This document shows positions 39,095 to 48,890 of a DNA stretch of 64,000 nucleotides, in pieces. The notes under the pieces were generated by a model that was not told the origin of the DNA, did no database searches, and saw only the letters and a list, made by a program, of their open reading frames with translations. The stretch covers positions 195,506 to 259,505 of the forward strand of contig JACREQ010000032.1 of the NCBI GenBank assembly GCA_016218155.1, written 5' to 3'. Each line of letters begins with the position of its first letter. The first letter of the stretch is position 1. The DNA comes from Bacteroidia bacterium (GTDB taxonomy: Bacteria > Bacteroidota > Bacteroidia > Bacteroidales > GWA2-32-17). A program made the translations under genes and the position numbers.

Positions 39095-39919
39095 ATGGAA
39101 AAAGAGAGAGTATTGTTTGTAGCTCAGGAAATTACCCCTTACTTACCTGAAACCCCAATGTCCACAATTGGACGCTACCTTCCGCAAGGAATTCAAGAAA
39201 AAGGTCGCGAAATACGCACCTTTATGCCACGTTTTGGTAATATAAATGAGCGACGAAATCAATTACATGAAGTTATTCGTCTTTCCGGGATGAATCTTAT
39301 TATTAATGATACTGATCATCCGCTGATAATTAAAGTTGCTTCAATACAATCAGCTAGGATGCAGGTTTATTTTATTGATAATGAAGATTTCTTTCAAAGG
39401 AAATGCATAGTTTCAGATGATAGTGGAAATTTTTATCCGGATAATGACGAAAGAGCAATCTTTTTTGCAAGGGGAGTGTTAGAAACTGTTAAAAAGTTAC
39501 GATGGGCACCACATCTTGTTCATTGTCAGGGATGGTTTACTTCACTTGTTCCTTTGTACATTAAAAAAGCATTTCGTGAAGATCCTTTATATAATGATAC
39601 CAAAGTTGTTTTTTCTATATATGATGATGAGTTTAAGGGAAGTTTGTCAAAAGATTTTAAGAAAAAAGCAATAATTGATGGTGTCTCTGAAAAGGATATG
39701 CAAGTAATGTCATCATTAGATTATGTTAATTTAATGAAACTTGCAATTAATCTTTCAGACGGGGTAATCATGGGAAGTCCAAAAATTAATAGTAAAGTTC
39801 TTGAATATATTAAATCATCAGAAAAGCCATTGCTCGAATATCAGGACCCAGAACATTATATTGATTCCTATTCAGATTTTTACGATAGTGTTTTAACTCC
39901 AAATTGTGTTGAACTTTAA
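39095..39919 (+). CDS. Short glycogen/starch synthase-like protein (GT5 N-terminal domain only)
   Basis: LFVAQEITPYLPETPMSTIGRYLPQ... and HCQGWFTSLVPLY match the starch-synthase catalytic N-domain. The ~270-aa form next to panC is common in Bacteroidota. Confidence 0.65.
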   Translation: MEKERVLFVAQEITPYLPETPMSTIGRYLPQGIQEKGREIRTFMPRFGNINERRNQLHEVIRLSGMNLIINDTDHPLIIKVASIQSARMQVYFIDNEDFFQRKCIVSDDSGNFYPDNDERAIFFARGVLETVKKLRWAPHLVHCQGWFTSLVPLYIKKAFREDPLYNDTKVVFSIYDDEFKGSLSKDFKKKAIIDGVSEKDMQVMSSLDYVNLMKLAINLSDGVIMGSPKINSKVLEYIKSSEKPLLEYQDPEHYIDSYSDFYDSVLTPNCVEL

Positions 39920-39929
39920 ATAAAACAAA

Positions 39930-41198
39930 TTGAAATCAATACTGAATAGAAATCTGGCACTGGCTATAAGTTTATTAACAGTTTTGTTTTTCTCTTGCCA
40001 AAAAGATCCAACTACTTTAGGTTTGGATTTGCAGCCAGATAGTGATAGAATTAATGGAATCTCACTCGATTCGTCAACCGTAAAAGCTTTCTTTTTAAAA
40101 GAAGATTCTCTTACAACAGATGAAAGAACTTATGCGCTCTTAGGATCTTATTTTGATCCGATTTTTGGTAGAAGCGATGCGTCATTTATGACACATATCA
40201 GACTTTCCTCTTCAAATGTTAGTTTTGGAACTGTACCAGTGGTAGATTCTATAGTTTTATATTTGAAATATAGGAGTTATTATGGTGATACTAACACTGC
40301 ACAAACAATTTCAGTTTATGAAATTGATAAAGATTTTTATTTAGATTCTACTTATTATTCAAATATAAATCCTTCACAATATATTTTAAATAATACTTTG
40401 TTAGCAACAAAGAGTTATTATCCAAAACCAAGTGGTGAGCCATTAGCAATTACTTTAAGTAATAGTATGGCCGTTAAAATATTAGCTGGAACTTCAACTA
40501 ATTTGTCAACAAATGACGAGTTTTTAAAGTTTTTTAAAGGACTTTATGTTAAAACAGACAGCATTTCATCTGGTGGTGCAATAATTTATTATGATTTAAT
40601 TAATTCTAAGGTTACACTGTATTATAAGAATAATAATGATGATAGCTTAAAATTTGATTTTCTTATTAATTCAAGTAGTGCAAGAATTAACTTATTTAAA
40701 CATAATTATAGTAGTGTTACTATTAATTCTTCTATTGGTGATTCTTTAGCTTCTGACTCTTTGTTATACATTCAAGGTATGTCCGGATTAATGGCAAAAA
40801 TAAGGTTGCCGTATCTTTCAACTTTAAAGGATTCTGCTACAATAGCAATTGTAAAAGCAGAATTAATTATTCCAGTTGAGGATTATGATGCAACACTATA
40901 TAAAACTCCAGCCAATTTAATTTTGGTTAGTTATAATTCTTCTGGAAAGTATGAATTTTTACCTGATTACTGGGTAGGAGGAAATTCTTATTTTGGCGGT
41001 ACATATAATTCAAGCGATAAAACTTATAGATTTAATATTTCACGTTACGCACAACAATTAGTAGATGAAACAAGAATTGATTACGGTCTTGCTCTTTTTG
41101 TTGGAGATAACAGAGTAAGTGCAAATAGATTAATCTTAAGAGGACCAAAATGTGTTAATAATGGTATGAAATTATCAATAACATACTTGAAACCTTAA
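39930..41198 (+). CDS. DUF4270-type lipoprotein
   Basis: Lipobox ...LFFSC. Its position between the short glycogen synthase and glmS matches the conserved Bacteroidota neighbourhood I recall. It has a TTG start, with no in-frame ATG near the N-terminus. Confidence 0.5.
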   Translation: MKSILNRNLALAISLLTVLFFSCQKDPTTLGLDLQPDSDRINGISLDSSTVKAFFLKEDSLTTDERTYALLGSYFDPIFGRSDASFMTHIRLSSSNVSFGTVPVVDSIVLYLKYRSYYGDTNTAQTISVYEIDKDFYLDSTYYSNINPSQYILNNTLLATKSYYPKPSGEPLAITLSNSMAVKILAGTSTNLSTNDEFLKFFKGLYVKTDSISSGGAIIYYDLINSKVTLYYKNNNDDSLKFDFLINSSSARINLFKHNYSSVTINSSIGDSLASDSLLYIQGMSGLMAKIRLPYLSTLKDSATIAIVKAELIIPVEDYDATLYKTPANLILVSYNSSGKYEFLPDYWVGGNSYFGGTYNSSDKTYRFNISRYAQQLVDETRIDYGLALFVGDNRVSANRLILRGPKCVNNGMKLSITYLKP

Positions 41199-41210
41199 CA
41201 AATAACAAAC

Positions 41211-43046
41211 ATGTGCGGAATAGTTGGCTATATAGGACCTAAAGAAGCTTATCCAATTCTTTTAGCAGGATTAAAACGATTAGAATACAGAGGTTACGAT
41301 TCTGCAGGAATTGCTCTTTTAAATGGCGACAGCAGAATTTATAAATGTAAAGGAAAAGTTTCTGATTTAGAAGATTATGTCAAAGGAAAAAATGTTTCTG
41401 GAACAGTTGGTATAGGTCATACTCGTTGGGCAACACATGGTGAGCCTAATGATATTAATGCACACCCGCATATTTCAATGAATGGATTATTTATAATAAT
41501 TCATAATGGTATTATTGAAAACTATTCAAGACTAAAACGTAAATTAGAAGATAGAGGATATACATTCAGCAGCGATACTGATACTGAAGTTCTTGTAAAT
41601 CTTATCGAATATATTTACATGAAAGGTCAGGTTTCTGCAGAGATTGCTGTTAGACTTGCTTTAACAAAAGTTATAGGAGCCTTTGGAATTCTAGTAACGT
41701 GCAAAGAAGAGCCTGATATGATTATTGCTGCCAGAAAAGGTAGCCCTTTGGTTGTTGGTGTAGGTGATGGAGAATATTTTTTTGCAAGCGATGCTACTCC
41801 AATAATTGAACATACAAACAGAGTAGTTTATTTAAATGATAATGACGTTGCAGTCGTTCGTCGTGATGAAATTACATTTAAAACAATAATGAATGTAAAA
41901 ATTACTCCGATTATACAAAATCTAGACTTAGATATTGGAGAAATTGAAAAAGGCGGATTTGACCATTTTATGCTCAAAGAGATTTTTGAACAACCAAGAG
42001 CAATTGAAGATACTTTCAGAGGAAGAATTTCGCACAACCCACACAAAATTCATCTTGGTGGTTTGTTTAATGTTATGGATAAGCTTATTAATGCAAAAAG
42101 AATAATTATAATAGGTTGCGGAACTTCATGGCATGCTGGTTTAGTTGGCGAATATTTATTCGAAGAGCTTGCAAGAATTCCTGTTGAAGTTGAATATGCT
42201 TCCGAATTCAGATACAGAAATCCTGTAATCTTACCTGAGGATGTTGTTATAGCAATTAGTCAGAGTGGTGAAACAGCAGATACTTTAGCTGCAATTAAAC
42301 TTGCAAAAGAACAAGGTGCTACAGTAATTGGAATTTGTAATGTTGTAGGTTCAAGTATTCCTCGCGAAACTCATGCTGGTGTTTATACACACGCAGGACC
42401 AGAAATAGGCGTTGCCAGTACAAAAGCATTTACTGCACAGGTTACTGTATTGTCAATGATTGCAATGCTTTTAGGTTATGAAAGAAAAGTTATTTCAGAG
42501 AATGATTATCAGGCGTTGGTTTCTTCATTAATAGAAATTCCAAGTAAAATAGATATTATTTTAAAAGATATAACAAATATCCAGAAAATAGCCGACCTGT
42601 ATAAAAATTCGAACAATTGTTTGTATTTAGGCAGGGGTTATTTATTCCCAGTTGCTTTAGAGGGCGCACTTAAGTTAAAAGAAATTTCTTATATTCATGC
42701 TGAAGGTTATCCTGCTGCAGAAATGAAACACGGACCAATTGCACTTATCGATCAGCATATGCCGGTTTTTGTAATTGCAGCAAAAGATAAGTCATATGAA
42801 AAAATTGTGTCAAATATTCAGGAAGTAAAAGCCCGTAAAGGAATTGTTATTGCTATAGTTTCTGAAGGAGATACAGTAATTAAAGGTTTAGCAGATCACG
42901 TAATGGAAGTTCCGCTTACCGACGAAGCACTAACTCCACTGCTCGCTGTTATACCTTTGCAGTTATTGTCATATTATATTGCTGTAATGAGAGGTTGTAA
43001 TGTCGATCAACCAAGGAATCTTGCAAAATCTGTAACAGTAGAATAA
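41211..43046 (+). CDS. glmS: Glutamine--fructose-6-phosphate aminotransferase
   Basis: MCGIVGY Ntn nucleophile, two SIS domains and the C-terminal ...NLAKSVTVE. Confidence 0.95.
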   Translation: MCGIVGYIGPKEAYPILLAGLKRLEYRGYDSAGIALLNGDSRIYKCKGKVSDLEDYVKGKNVSGTVGIGHTRWATHGEPNDINAHPHISMNGLFIIIHNGIIENYSRLKRKLEDRGYTFSSDTDTEVLVNLIEYIYMKGQVSAEIAVRLALTKVIGAFGILVTCKEEPDMIIAARKGSPLVVGVGDGEYFFASDATPIIEHTNRVVYLNDNDVAVVRRDEITFKTIMNVKITPIIQNLDLDIGEIEKGGFDHFMLKEIFEQPRAIEDTFRGRISHNPHKIHLGGLFNVMDKLINAKRIIIIGCGTSWHAGLVGEYLFEELARIPVEVEYASEFRYRNPVILPEDVVIAISQSGETADTLAAIKLAKEQGATVIGICNVVGSSIPRETHAGVYTHAGPEIGVASTKAFTAQVTVLSMIAMLLGYERKVISENDYQALVSSLIEIPSKIDIILKDITNIQKIADLYKNSNNCLYLGRGYLFPVALEGALKLKEISYIHAEGYPAAEMKHGPIALIDQHMPVFVIAAKDKSYEKIVSNIQEVKARKGIVIAIVSEGDTVIKGLADHVMEVPLTDEALTPLLAVIPLQLLSYYIAVMRGCNVDQPRNLAKSVTVE

Positions 43047-43125
43047 GACGTTAATACTATTCCTGTAGTTCTCGATAAACTCGAACTAGCAACTTTATTA
43101 TTTCTAGTATGCTTTTTAAACTATA

Positions 43126-43162
43126 AGTACTTTAGTCACTTTAGTCAATTTAAGTACTCGAT
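43126..43162. repeat. Second copy of the 33-bp AGTACT-N21-AGTACT element with 9-nt phasing
   Basis: The sequence reads agtacttta/gtcacttta/gtcaattta/agtact. AGTACT occurs at 43126-43131 and 43153-43158, the same 27-nt spacing as at 2069/2096. The element ends 8 nt from the dnaG stop codon. Confidence 0.75.
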
Positions 43163-43166
43163 GTTA

Positions 43167-45131
43167 TCATCTAACAACTTGCCCATATATTGAATACATC
43201 TGTTGTAATACTTTTGTATTCTCATTATTCTTTAACAATAGTTCGTTTATTATTTCGGGGTTAGCGTCTACTTCTTGTGCCATTGCTAATTTGTCGTCAA
43301 TATCTTTATTTACTAATTCAAGAATTTTAATTTTATATCTAATAATTACTCTTGGTAAATTATCTAAAAGTTTAACTTCTTCATCTTTTACATGTATTCC
43401 AATTCTCTTATAATATTTTGATAAATAATCGCTCTGACCTTTAATTCTTGCTCTGTAATAGGGTGTATTTAACCTGTCGGCAGCTAATTCCTGTATAACA
43501 TCATCGTGGTGATATATTAATTCTTTAGGTTCAATATAACCATAGGTTTTAAGTTGTTCACAGAATATTTCAAAAACCTTATGGTGAACTAAATTTTTTA
43601 ATTCCAGTTCATCATTAACAAGTTCCTGAATTACATATTTTACAACGGTTTCCTCTATCTCATCTTCTTCAGGTTTCCCTTTATAAATTACTTTGTTACC
43701 GTATAAAAATAGTAACCTTAAAATCTCAAATTCTTGTTCCTCTGCATAAAAATCATCAATCATAGAAGGAATTTGAGGGGTAACCGGACTGTTACCAATA
43801 ATTTCAGCAGGTCTAATATTTGTAGAGAAGTCGGTTATTTTTCCAATTATTCTTTTTGCAACTTCGCTGTGTAATAGCTGTTCTTCTATTTTTAAAAGTC
43901 TGCTGCAGTCTTTAATATAAAGTGAGCGTAGAATGTTATCTGGAATAAGCGCAAGACTTTTAACAATATCATTTAAAACTTCGCTACGTTTTACTGGATC
44001 TTTACCTGCATCTTTTAATAATACTGTTGTTTTAAATGCAAAAAAATCTTTTTCCTCTTTATTAAGAAACTCAAAAAGCTCGGTCTGACTGTGTGATTGT
44101 GCAAAAGAATCGGGGTCTTCGCCTTCAGGAAGTAATACAACTTTAATATGCATACCTTCTTCAAGTAAAAGATCAATTCCGCGTATTGCTGCTTTTATTC
44201 CTGCAGGATCACTATCATAGAGTAATGTTATATTTTTTGTAAATCTTTTTATTAATGAAATCTGATCTATTGAAAGTGCAGTACCCGATGACGCAACACA
44301 ATTTTCAATTCCAGATTGGTGCATAGAAACTACGTCGGCATTACCTTCAACAAGATAACATTTGTCTTTTTCGGCAATAGATTTTTTTGCTAAATAAAGT
44401 CCGAAAAGTATTTTCCCTTTGTGAAAAATTTCTGATTCAGGGCTGTTATAATATTTTGCAGGACTTTTTTCTTTATTTAAAATTCTTCCTGTAAAACCTA
44501 CAACTCTTCCGCTTAAATTATGAATAGGGAAAATTACCCTGCCGCTAAATGAGTCAAAATTTCCTTTGTTTATTAATCCTGCTTTTAAAAGAAATTCAGG
44601 TTTATAGCCATTTTTTATTGCGTGATTGTAGAATGTTGTGGATTTGTCAGGAGAGTAACCAAGTTCAAATTTCTTTATTATGTCATCACGAAAATTTCTT
44701 TCGTGAAAATAAGCCATTCCTACAGCTTTTCCTTCTTCAGTTTTTTGAAGAGCATTTGTGAAAAATTCATGAGCGAAGGTAGTAGCAACAAATAAACTTT
44801 CACGTTCATCACGTTTTGCAATTTCTTCAACAGAAATTTCTTTTTCCTGAATTTCAATATTATATTTTTTTGCAAGCCATCTTAATGCATCTGGGTATGA
44901 CATGTGGTCATGTTCCATAAGGAAGTTTACAGAATTGCCTGCTTTACCGCAACCAAAGCATTTATAAATTCCCTTTACAGGCGAAACAGAAAAAGACGGT
45001 GTTTTTTCGTTATGAAATGGACATAATCCTGTAAAGTTTGCACCTCGTTTTTTAAGACTTACAAATTCCGAAACTACCTCGTCTATGCGGGATGTGTCAA
45101 TAATTCGTTGTATGGTAATTTCGTCTATCAA
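43167..45131 (-). CDS. dnaG: DNA primase
   Basis: Zinc-binding region CPFHNEKTPSFSVSPVKGIYKCFGCG, Toprim motif LVEGNADVVSMHQSG and DSDPAG. Confidence 0.95.
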   Translation of the reverse strand: MIDEITIQRIIDTSRIDEVVSEFVSLKKRGANFTGLCPFHNEKTPSFSVSPVKGIYKCFGCGKAGNSVNFLMEHDHMSYPDALRWLAKKYNIEIQEKEISVEEIAKRDERESLFVATTFAHEFFTNALQKTEEGKAVGMAYFHERNFRDDIIKKFELGYSPDKSTTFYNHAIKNGYKPEFLLKAGLINKGNFDSFSGRVIFPIHNLSGRVVGFTGRILNKEKSPAKYYNSPESEIFHKGKILFGLYLAKKSIAEKDKCYLVEGNADVVSMHQSGIENCVASSGTALSIDQISLIKRFTKNITLLYDSDPAGIKAAIRGIDLLLEEGMHIKVVLLPEGEDPDSFAQSHSQTELFEFLNKEEKDFFAFKTTVLLKDAGKDPVKRSEVLNDIVKSLALIPDNILRSLYIKDCSRLLKIEEQLLHSEVAKRIIGKITDFSTNIRPAEIIGNSPVTPQIPSMIDDFYAEEQEFEILRLLFLYGNKVIYKGKPEEDEIEETVVKYVIQELVNDELELKNLVHHKVFEIFCEQLKTYGYIEPKELIYHHDDVIQELAADRLNTPYYRARIKGQSDYLSKYYKRIGIHVKDEEVKLLDNLPRVIIRYKIKILELVNKDIDDKLAMAQEVDANPEIINELLLKNNENTKVLQQMYSIYGQVVR

Positions 45132-45251
45132 AACAAATATTTTTTATATCTCAAAAGTATTAAAACTAAAATGGAGAATAAAGAAATTTTGTATAAACTA
45201 ATTAACAAAATCACTAATTTTAAAATGAAATTAAATAAATAATATTTTTAA

Positions 45252-45938
45252 ATGAAAAAACTTGTAGTCCTTACCGGTGCAGGAATAAGTGCCGAGAGTG
45301 GCATAAAAACTTTTCGCGATATGGGTGGTTTATGGGAAGAATACGATATTGAAGAAGTTGCCAGTCCTCAAGGTTGGGAAAATAATATGGAACTGGTGCT
45401 CGATTTTTATAATCAGCGCAGAAAACAATTATTGGAATGTAAACCTAACCAGGCACATTATAAATTAGCCGAACTCGAAAAAGATTTTGATGTTCAGATA
45501 ATAACCCAGAATGTTGATGATTTGCATGAACGTGCAGGAAGTAAAAATATTCTTCATTTGCATGGCGAACTAAATAAATCAATGAGTACAGGCGATACTT
45601 CATTGGTATATAAAATGGATGGTTGGGAATTAAAAAAGGGTGATGTTTGCGAAAAGGGTTTTCAGTTAAGACCATTTATAGTGTGGTTTGGCGAGGCAGT
45701 ACCAATGATGGAGCAGGCAATAAGAATAACCGAAAAAGCCGATATTTTAGCTGTTGTAGGTACATCTTTAAATGTTTACCCTGCTGCTGGGTTATTAAAT
45801 TATGTAAAACCAAATATTCCGGTATTTTTAATTGATCCTAACGATGTTAACTGTTATAGAAAAGTTACCGTTATAAAAGAAAAAGCCAGCACAGGTATAA
45901 CCCGGCTGGCTGAAATATTAAAAACTCAAAACTTTTAA
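45252..45938 (+). CDS. cobB: Sir2-family NAD-dependent protein deacylase
   Basis: Motifs GAGISAESGIKTFR, QNVDDLHERAG, LHG and VVGTSLNVYPAAG. Confidence 0.8.
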   Translation: MKKLVVLTGAGISAESGIKTFRDMGGLWEEYDIEEVASPQGWENNMELVLDFYNQRRKQLLECKPNQAHYKLAELEKDFDVQIITQNVDDLHERAGSKNILHLHGELNKSMSTGDTSLVYKMDGWELKKGDVCEKGFQLRPFIVWFGEAVPMMEQAIRITEKADILAVVGTSLNVYPAAGLLNYVKPNIPVFLIDPNDVNCYRKVTVIKEKASTGITRLAEILKTQNF

Positions 45939-46654
45939 TGTGAAACTACTAAGCGGTTAGTTTTAGCAACTTTACCGTTAATATTTAAAGTGCAGAAATA
46001 AATTCCCGATTGTAAATCGGCAACATTTAAATTTATAAAACCATTATTGTCGGTTAAATTAACTTGTTTTTCAAGTTTACCGCAAATGTTATAAACCTGA
46101 ATGCTTGCTTTTGAATTTATACTAACATTATAATTTACTCTTGTTGTGGTTTTAGCAGGATTTGGATAGGGTGTAGAAATTGAACTTGAGAATTTGTTTT
46201 CAGTAATACCTGTTAAGCCGGCATATTTAACATTTACTTCAACCGAAGGACCGTGATATACTTTAAAATAATATTTAATTATCGAAGTTCCGTTAAGATT
46301 TTTTGGTTCATAATGCCCTGAAAATTCATTTGTTGTTACTCCTGCTGCAATAGATGCCATATTGGCTGAGGTCATTGTTCCTTCAGGGTAACAGGCACCT
46401 GCCCAGCAAAATGTATTTGTTGTGCCCGCAACAATATATACATATTCTTTTTCACATGTAACAGATAATGTTCCTGCAGTTACATTTTTTACTTTTATAT
46501 GAGCAACCATTTCATTTACTGTTGGTAAACTGTCGATTGTGATTGTGTCACCTGAATTAATCAGAACATCATTTTCGGTATATAATTCTAAAGATTGGGA
46601 TTTTGCATAAAACCCTAAAGAAATAAAAATTATTGCAAGTAAAATTTTTTTCAT
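45935..46654 (-). CDS. Secreted protein with T9SS C-terminal sorting domain
   Basis: Signal peptide, then the C-terminal CTD ...STPYPNPAKTTTRVNYNV...IQVYNICGKLEKQ...LQSGIYFCTLNINGK. Confidence 0.65.
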   Translation of the reverse strand: MKKILLAIIFISLGFYAKSQSLELYTENDVLINSGDTITIDSLPTVNEMVAHIKVKNVTAGTLSVTCEKEYVYIVAGTTNTFCWAGACYPEGTMTSANMASIAAGVTTNEFSGHYEPKNLNGTSIIKYYFKVYHGPSVEVNVKYAGLTGITENKFSSSISTPYPNPAKTTTRVNYNVSINSKASIQVYNICGKLEKQVNLTDNNGFINLNVADLQSGIYFCTLNINGKVAKTNRLVVSH

Positions 46655-46760
46655 AATTGTAAATATTTAATTGCGTTTAACATACTTATTATTAAATGTC
46701 AATTTCAAGAATTTTCATCAAAAAAAAGATCATATCTGGACAAAGGTAAGATATTTTTTT

Positions 46761-46768
46761 TATATTTG
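46761..46768 (+). promoter_or_regulatory. Candidate -7 promoter box (TATATTTG)
   Basis: TAnnTTTG match 24 nt upstream of ATG 46792. Confidence 0.35.
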
Positions 46769-46791
46769 TGCATCACTAAATCGATTTACCT

Positions 46792-48282
46792 ATGAAAAAA
46801 ATCAACTTTCTTAAAACTTTAGTTCTGGGTGCAACCATGCTATTCTGTGCTGGCACTAGTAATGCTCAGTTAGCAGATGGTACAATTGCTCCAAATTTTA
46901 CATTGACAGACATCAATGGAAACACTCACACATTGTATAACTATTTAGCAGCCGGTAAAAAAGTTGTTGTTGACTTTTCTGCTGTATGGTGCGGTCCTTG
47001 CTGGACTTATCATAATAGCGGTGCTTTAGAAAATTTATACACTCAGTATGGTCCAACAGGTACTGTAAATCAATCAATGCAGGTTTTATATATTGAGGCT
47101 GATGAGAATTCTTTATCATGTTTGCAAGGTGTTAATTCAGGTTGTACGGGTACACCTCAAGGTAACTGGACAACAGGAACTCCTTATCCACAAATTTTAA
47201 CTTGTCCAGCTCCATCAGGTAATGGACCAACAGTAAATTCAAATTTTAATATTACTTATTTCCCAACTGTATATACAATTTGTCCAGATCATACTATTTA
47301 TGAGTCAGGTCAGTTAACTACAGCAAATCACGTATCTTTTGCAAATTCTCATTGTGCTGCACTTAGTACAAATGCAAATGATGTAAAAGCTTTTGCTTGT
47401 ACAAGTCCTTCAGGTTCATATTGTGTTGGTACTGTAAACCCAAATTTAACAATTCAGAATTATGGAACAGCTAATTTAACAACATGTACAATATTGGTTA
47501 AATTAGATGGTACAACAATGCAAACAGTAAACTGGACAGGTAACCTTGCAATGTATGCAACTGCAGTTGTTGCTTTAAATCCTATTTCATCAATTACAAA
47601 TGGTTCGCATACAGTTTCAATTGAGTTAGTAGATCCTAATGGTGTAACTGATCAGAACTTAGCAAATAATACAATTAACAAAACTTTTACAGTTAATTCA
47701 GCAGGTACAGTTGTTAATTTTGACCTTTATACTGACATTTATCCTACTGAAACAACATGGAAATTAACATTACAGGGTTCTACAACAATTTTGTTACAGG
47801 GATCAGGTTATTCAGGTGGTCACCAACATTATTTAGAGAGCTGGTGCTTAAATCCAGGTAGTTGTTATACTATAACAGTAATGGATTCTTATGGTGATGG
47901 AATGAATAATAATACTACTGCAACAAGTGATGATGGAAACGTAACTATTAAAGTTGCTGGTACAACAGTTGCTACAGTTGCAGGTAATTTCACATCAACA
48001 GCTTCTGCTAATTTCTGTTTAACAGCTACAGGAATTTTAGAAGGAGATTTTAATGCAAGTATTAATGTATTCCCAAATCCATCAAATGGTGATCTTTATA
48101 TAACTAATGCAGAAAATTCTACAATTCAGATTATTGATATGTTAGGTAAAGTTGTTTATTCTTCAAGCTTGGTAACAAATAACGAACAATTAGATCTTTC
48201 CAATTTATCTAATGGAAGTTATTTTGCAAGAATAACCAACGAAAATAATGTTGCAACAAGAAATATTGTTTTAGCAAGATAA
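46792..48282 (+). CDS. Thioredoxin-fold (WCGPC) protein with CARDB-like middle region and T9SS C-terminal sorting domain
   Basis: Signal peptide, then APNFTLTDINGNTHTLYNY...KKVVVDFSAVWCGPCW (TlpA/AhpC-TSA-like). The C-terminal CTD reads INVFPNPSNGDLYI...IDMLGKVVY...LSNGSYFARI. Confidence 0.65.
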   Translation: MKKINFLKTLVLGATMLFCAGTSNAQLADGTIAPNFTLTDINGNTHTLYNYLAAGKKVVVDFSAVWCGPCWTYHNSGALENLYTQYGPTGTVNQSMQVLYIEADENSLSCLQGVNSGCTGTPQGNWTTGTPYPQILTCPAPSGNGPTVNSNFNITYFPTVYTICPDHTIYESGQLTTANHVSFANSHCAALSTNANDVKAFACTSPSGSYCVGTVNPNLTIQNYGTANLTTCTILVKLDGTTMQTVNWTGNLAMYATAVVALNPISSITNGSHTVSIELVDPNGVTDQNLANNTINKTFTVNSAGTVVNFDLYTDIYPTETTWKLTLQGSTTILLQGSGYSGGHQHYLESWCLNPGSCYTITVMDSYGDGMNNNTTATSDDGNVTIKVAGTTVATVAGNFTSTASANFCLTATGILEGDFNASINVFPNPSNGDLYITNAENSTIQIIDMLGKVVYSSSLVTNNEQLDLSNLSNGSYFARITNENNVATRNIVLAR

Positions 48283-48303
48283 TTTTTTAGTTCTTTAATT
48301 TCT

Positions 48304-48354
48304 GAAATCAGTAATTTGGAGCAATCTTTGCCACCGGGTTACTGATTTCTTTTT
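48304..48354 (+). terminator. Hairpin plus T-run terminator candidate
   Basis: gaaatcagtaa (48304-48314) pairs with ttactgatttc (48339-48349), followed by ttttt. The loop is unusually large (24 nt). Confidence 0.45.
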
Positions 48355-48365
48355 AAATTAATATT

Positions 48366-48881
48366 ATGAAGACTATTTATTTTATTTTATTTGCTTTGTT
48401 TGTTGTAAATTACACAATTGCGCAAACAACTGAATTTAAATTACCCTCTGTTGATGTTAAAACATTAGATGGTAAAAAATTTAATACATCAGAAATTAAA
48501 AATGATGGAAAGCCAATTGTAATAAGTTTTTGGGCTACATGGTGTAAACCTTGTGTAATGGAACTTTCTGCAATAGCCGAAAAGTATCAGGATTGGCAAA
48601 CTGAAACCGGTGTTAAACTTTACGCTGTATCAATTGATGATTCAAAAAGTATGAACAGAGTTTCACCATTTGTAAATGGAAAAGGCTGGGATTATGTAGT
48701 ACTTTTAGATGCAAACAGTGATTTTAAACGTGCAATCAATGTAATTAATGTTCCACATACATTTTTAATTGATGCAGCCGGAAATGTTGTATATCAGCAC
48801 ACAACTTATGCAGAAGGAGATGAAGATCTTCTTTATGAAAAAATTAAGAAACTTGCAAAAGGAGAAAAAATTAACGAATAA
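48366..48881 (+). CDS. TlpA-family periplasmic thiol:disulfide reductase
   Basis: Signal peptide and FWATWCKPC. Confidence 0.75.
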   Translation: MKTIYFILFALFVVNYTIAQTTEFKLPSVDVKTLDGKKFNTSEIKNDGKPIVISFWATWCKPCVMELSAIAEKYQDWQTETGVKLYAVSIDDSKSMNRVSPFVNGKGWDYVVLLDANSDFKRAINVINVPHTFLIDAAGNVVYQHTTYAEGDEDLLYEKIKKLAKGEKINE

Positions 48882-48890
48882 TTTTTTATA

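Noticed and set aside
41199-41210. A glmS ribozyme or riboswitch upstream of glmS.
   Set aside because: Only 12 nt separate glmS from the preceding gene, so there is no room for the ribozyme. It is also not expected in this phylum.
45171-45242. A 23-codon ORF (MENKEILYKLINKITNFKMKLNK) in the dnaG-sirtuin intergenic region.
   Set aside because: Its Lys/Asn/Ile-rich composition is what random AT-rich DNA encodes. I saw no convincing ribosome-binding or conservation evidence from sequence alone.
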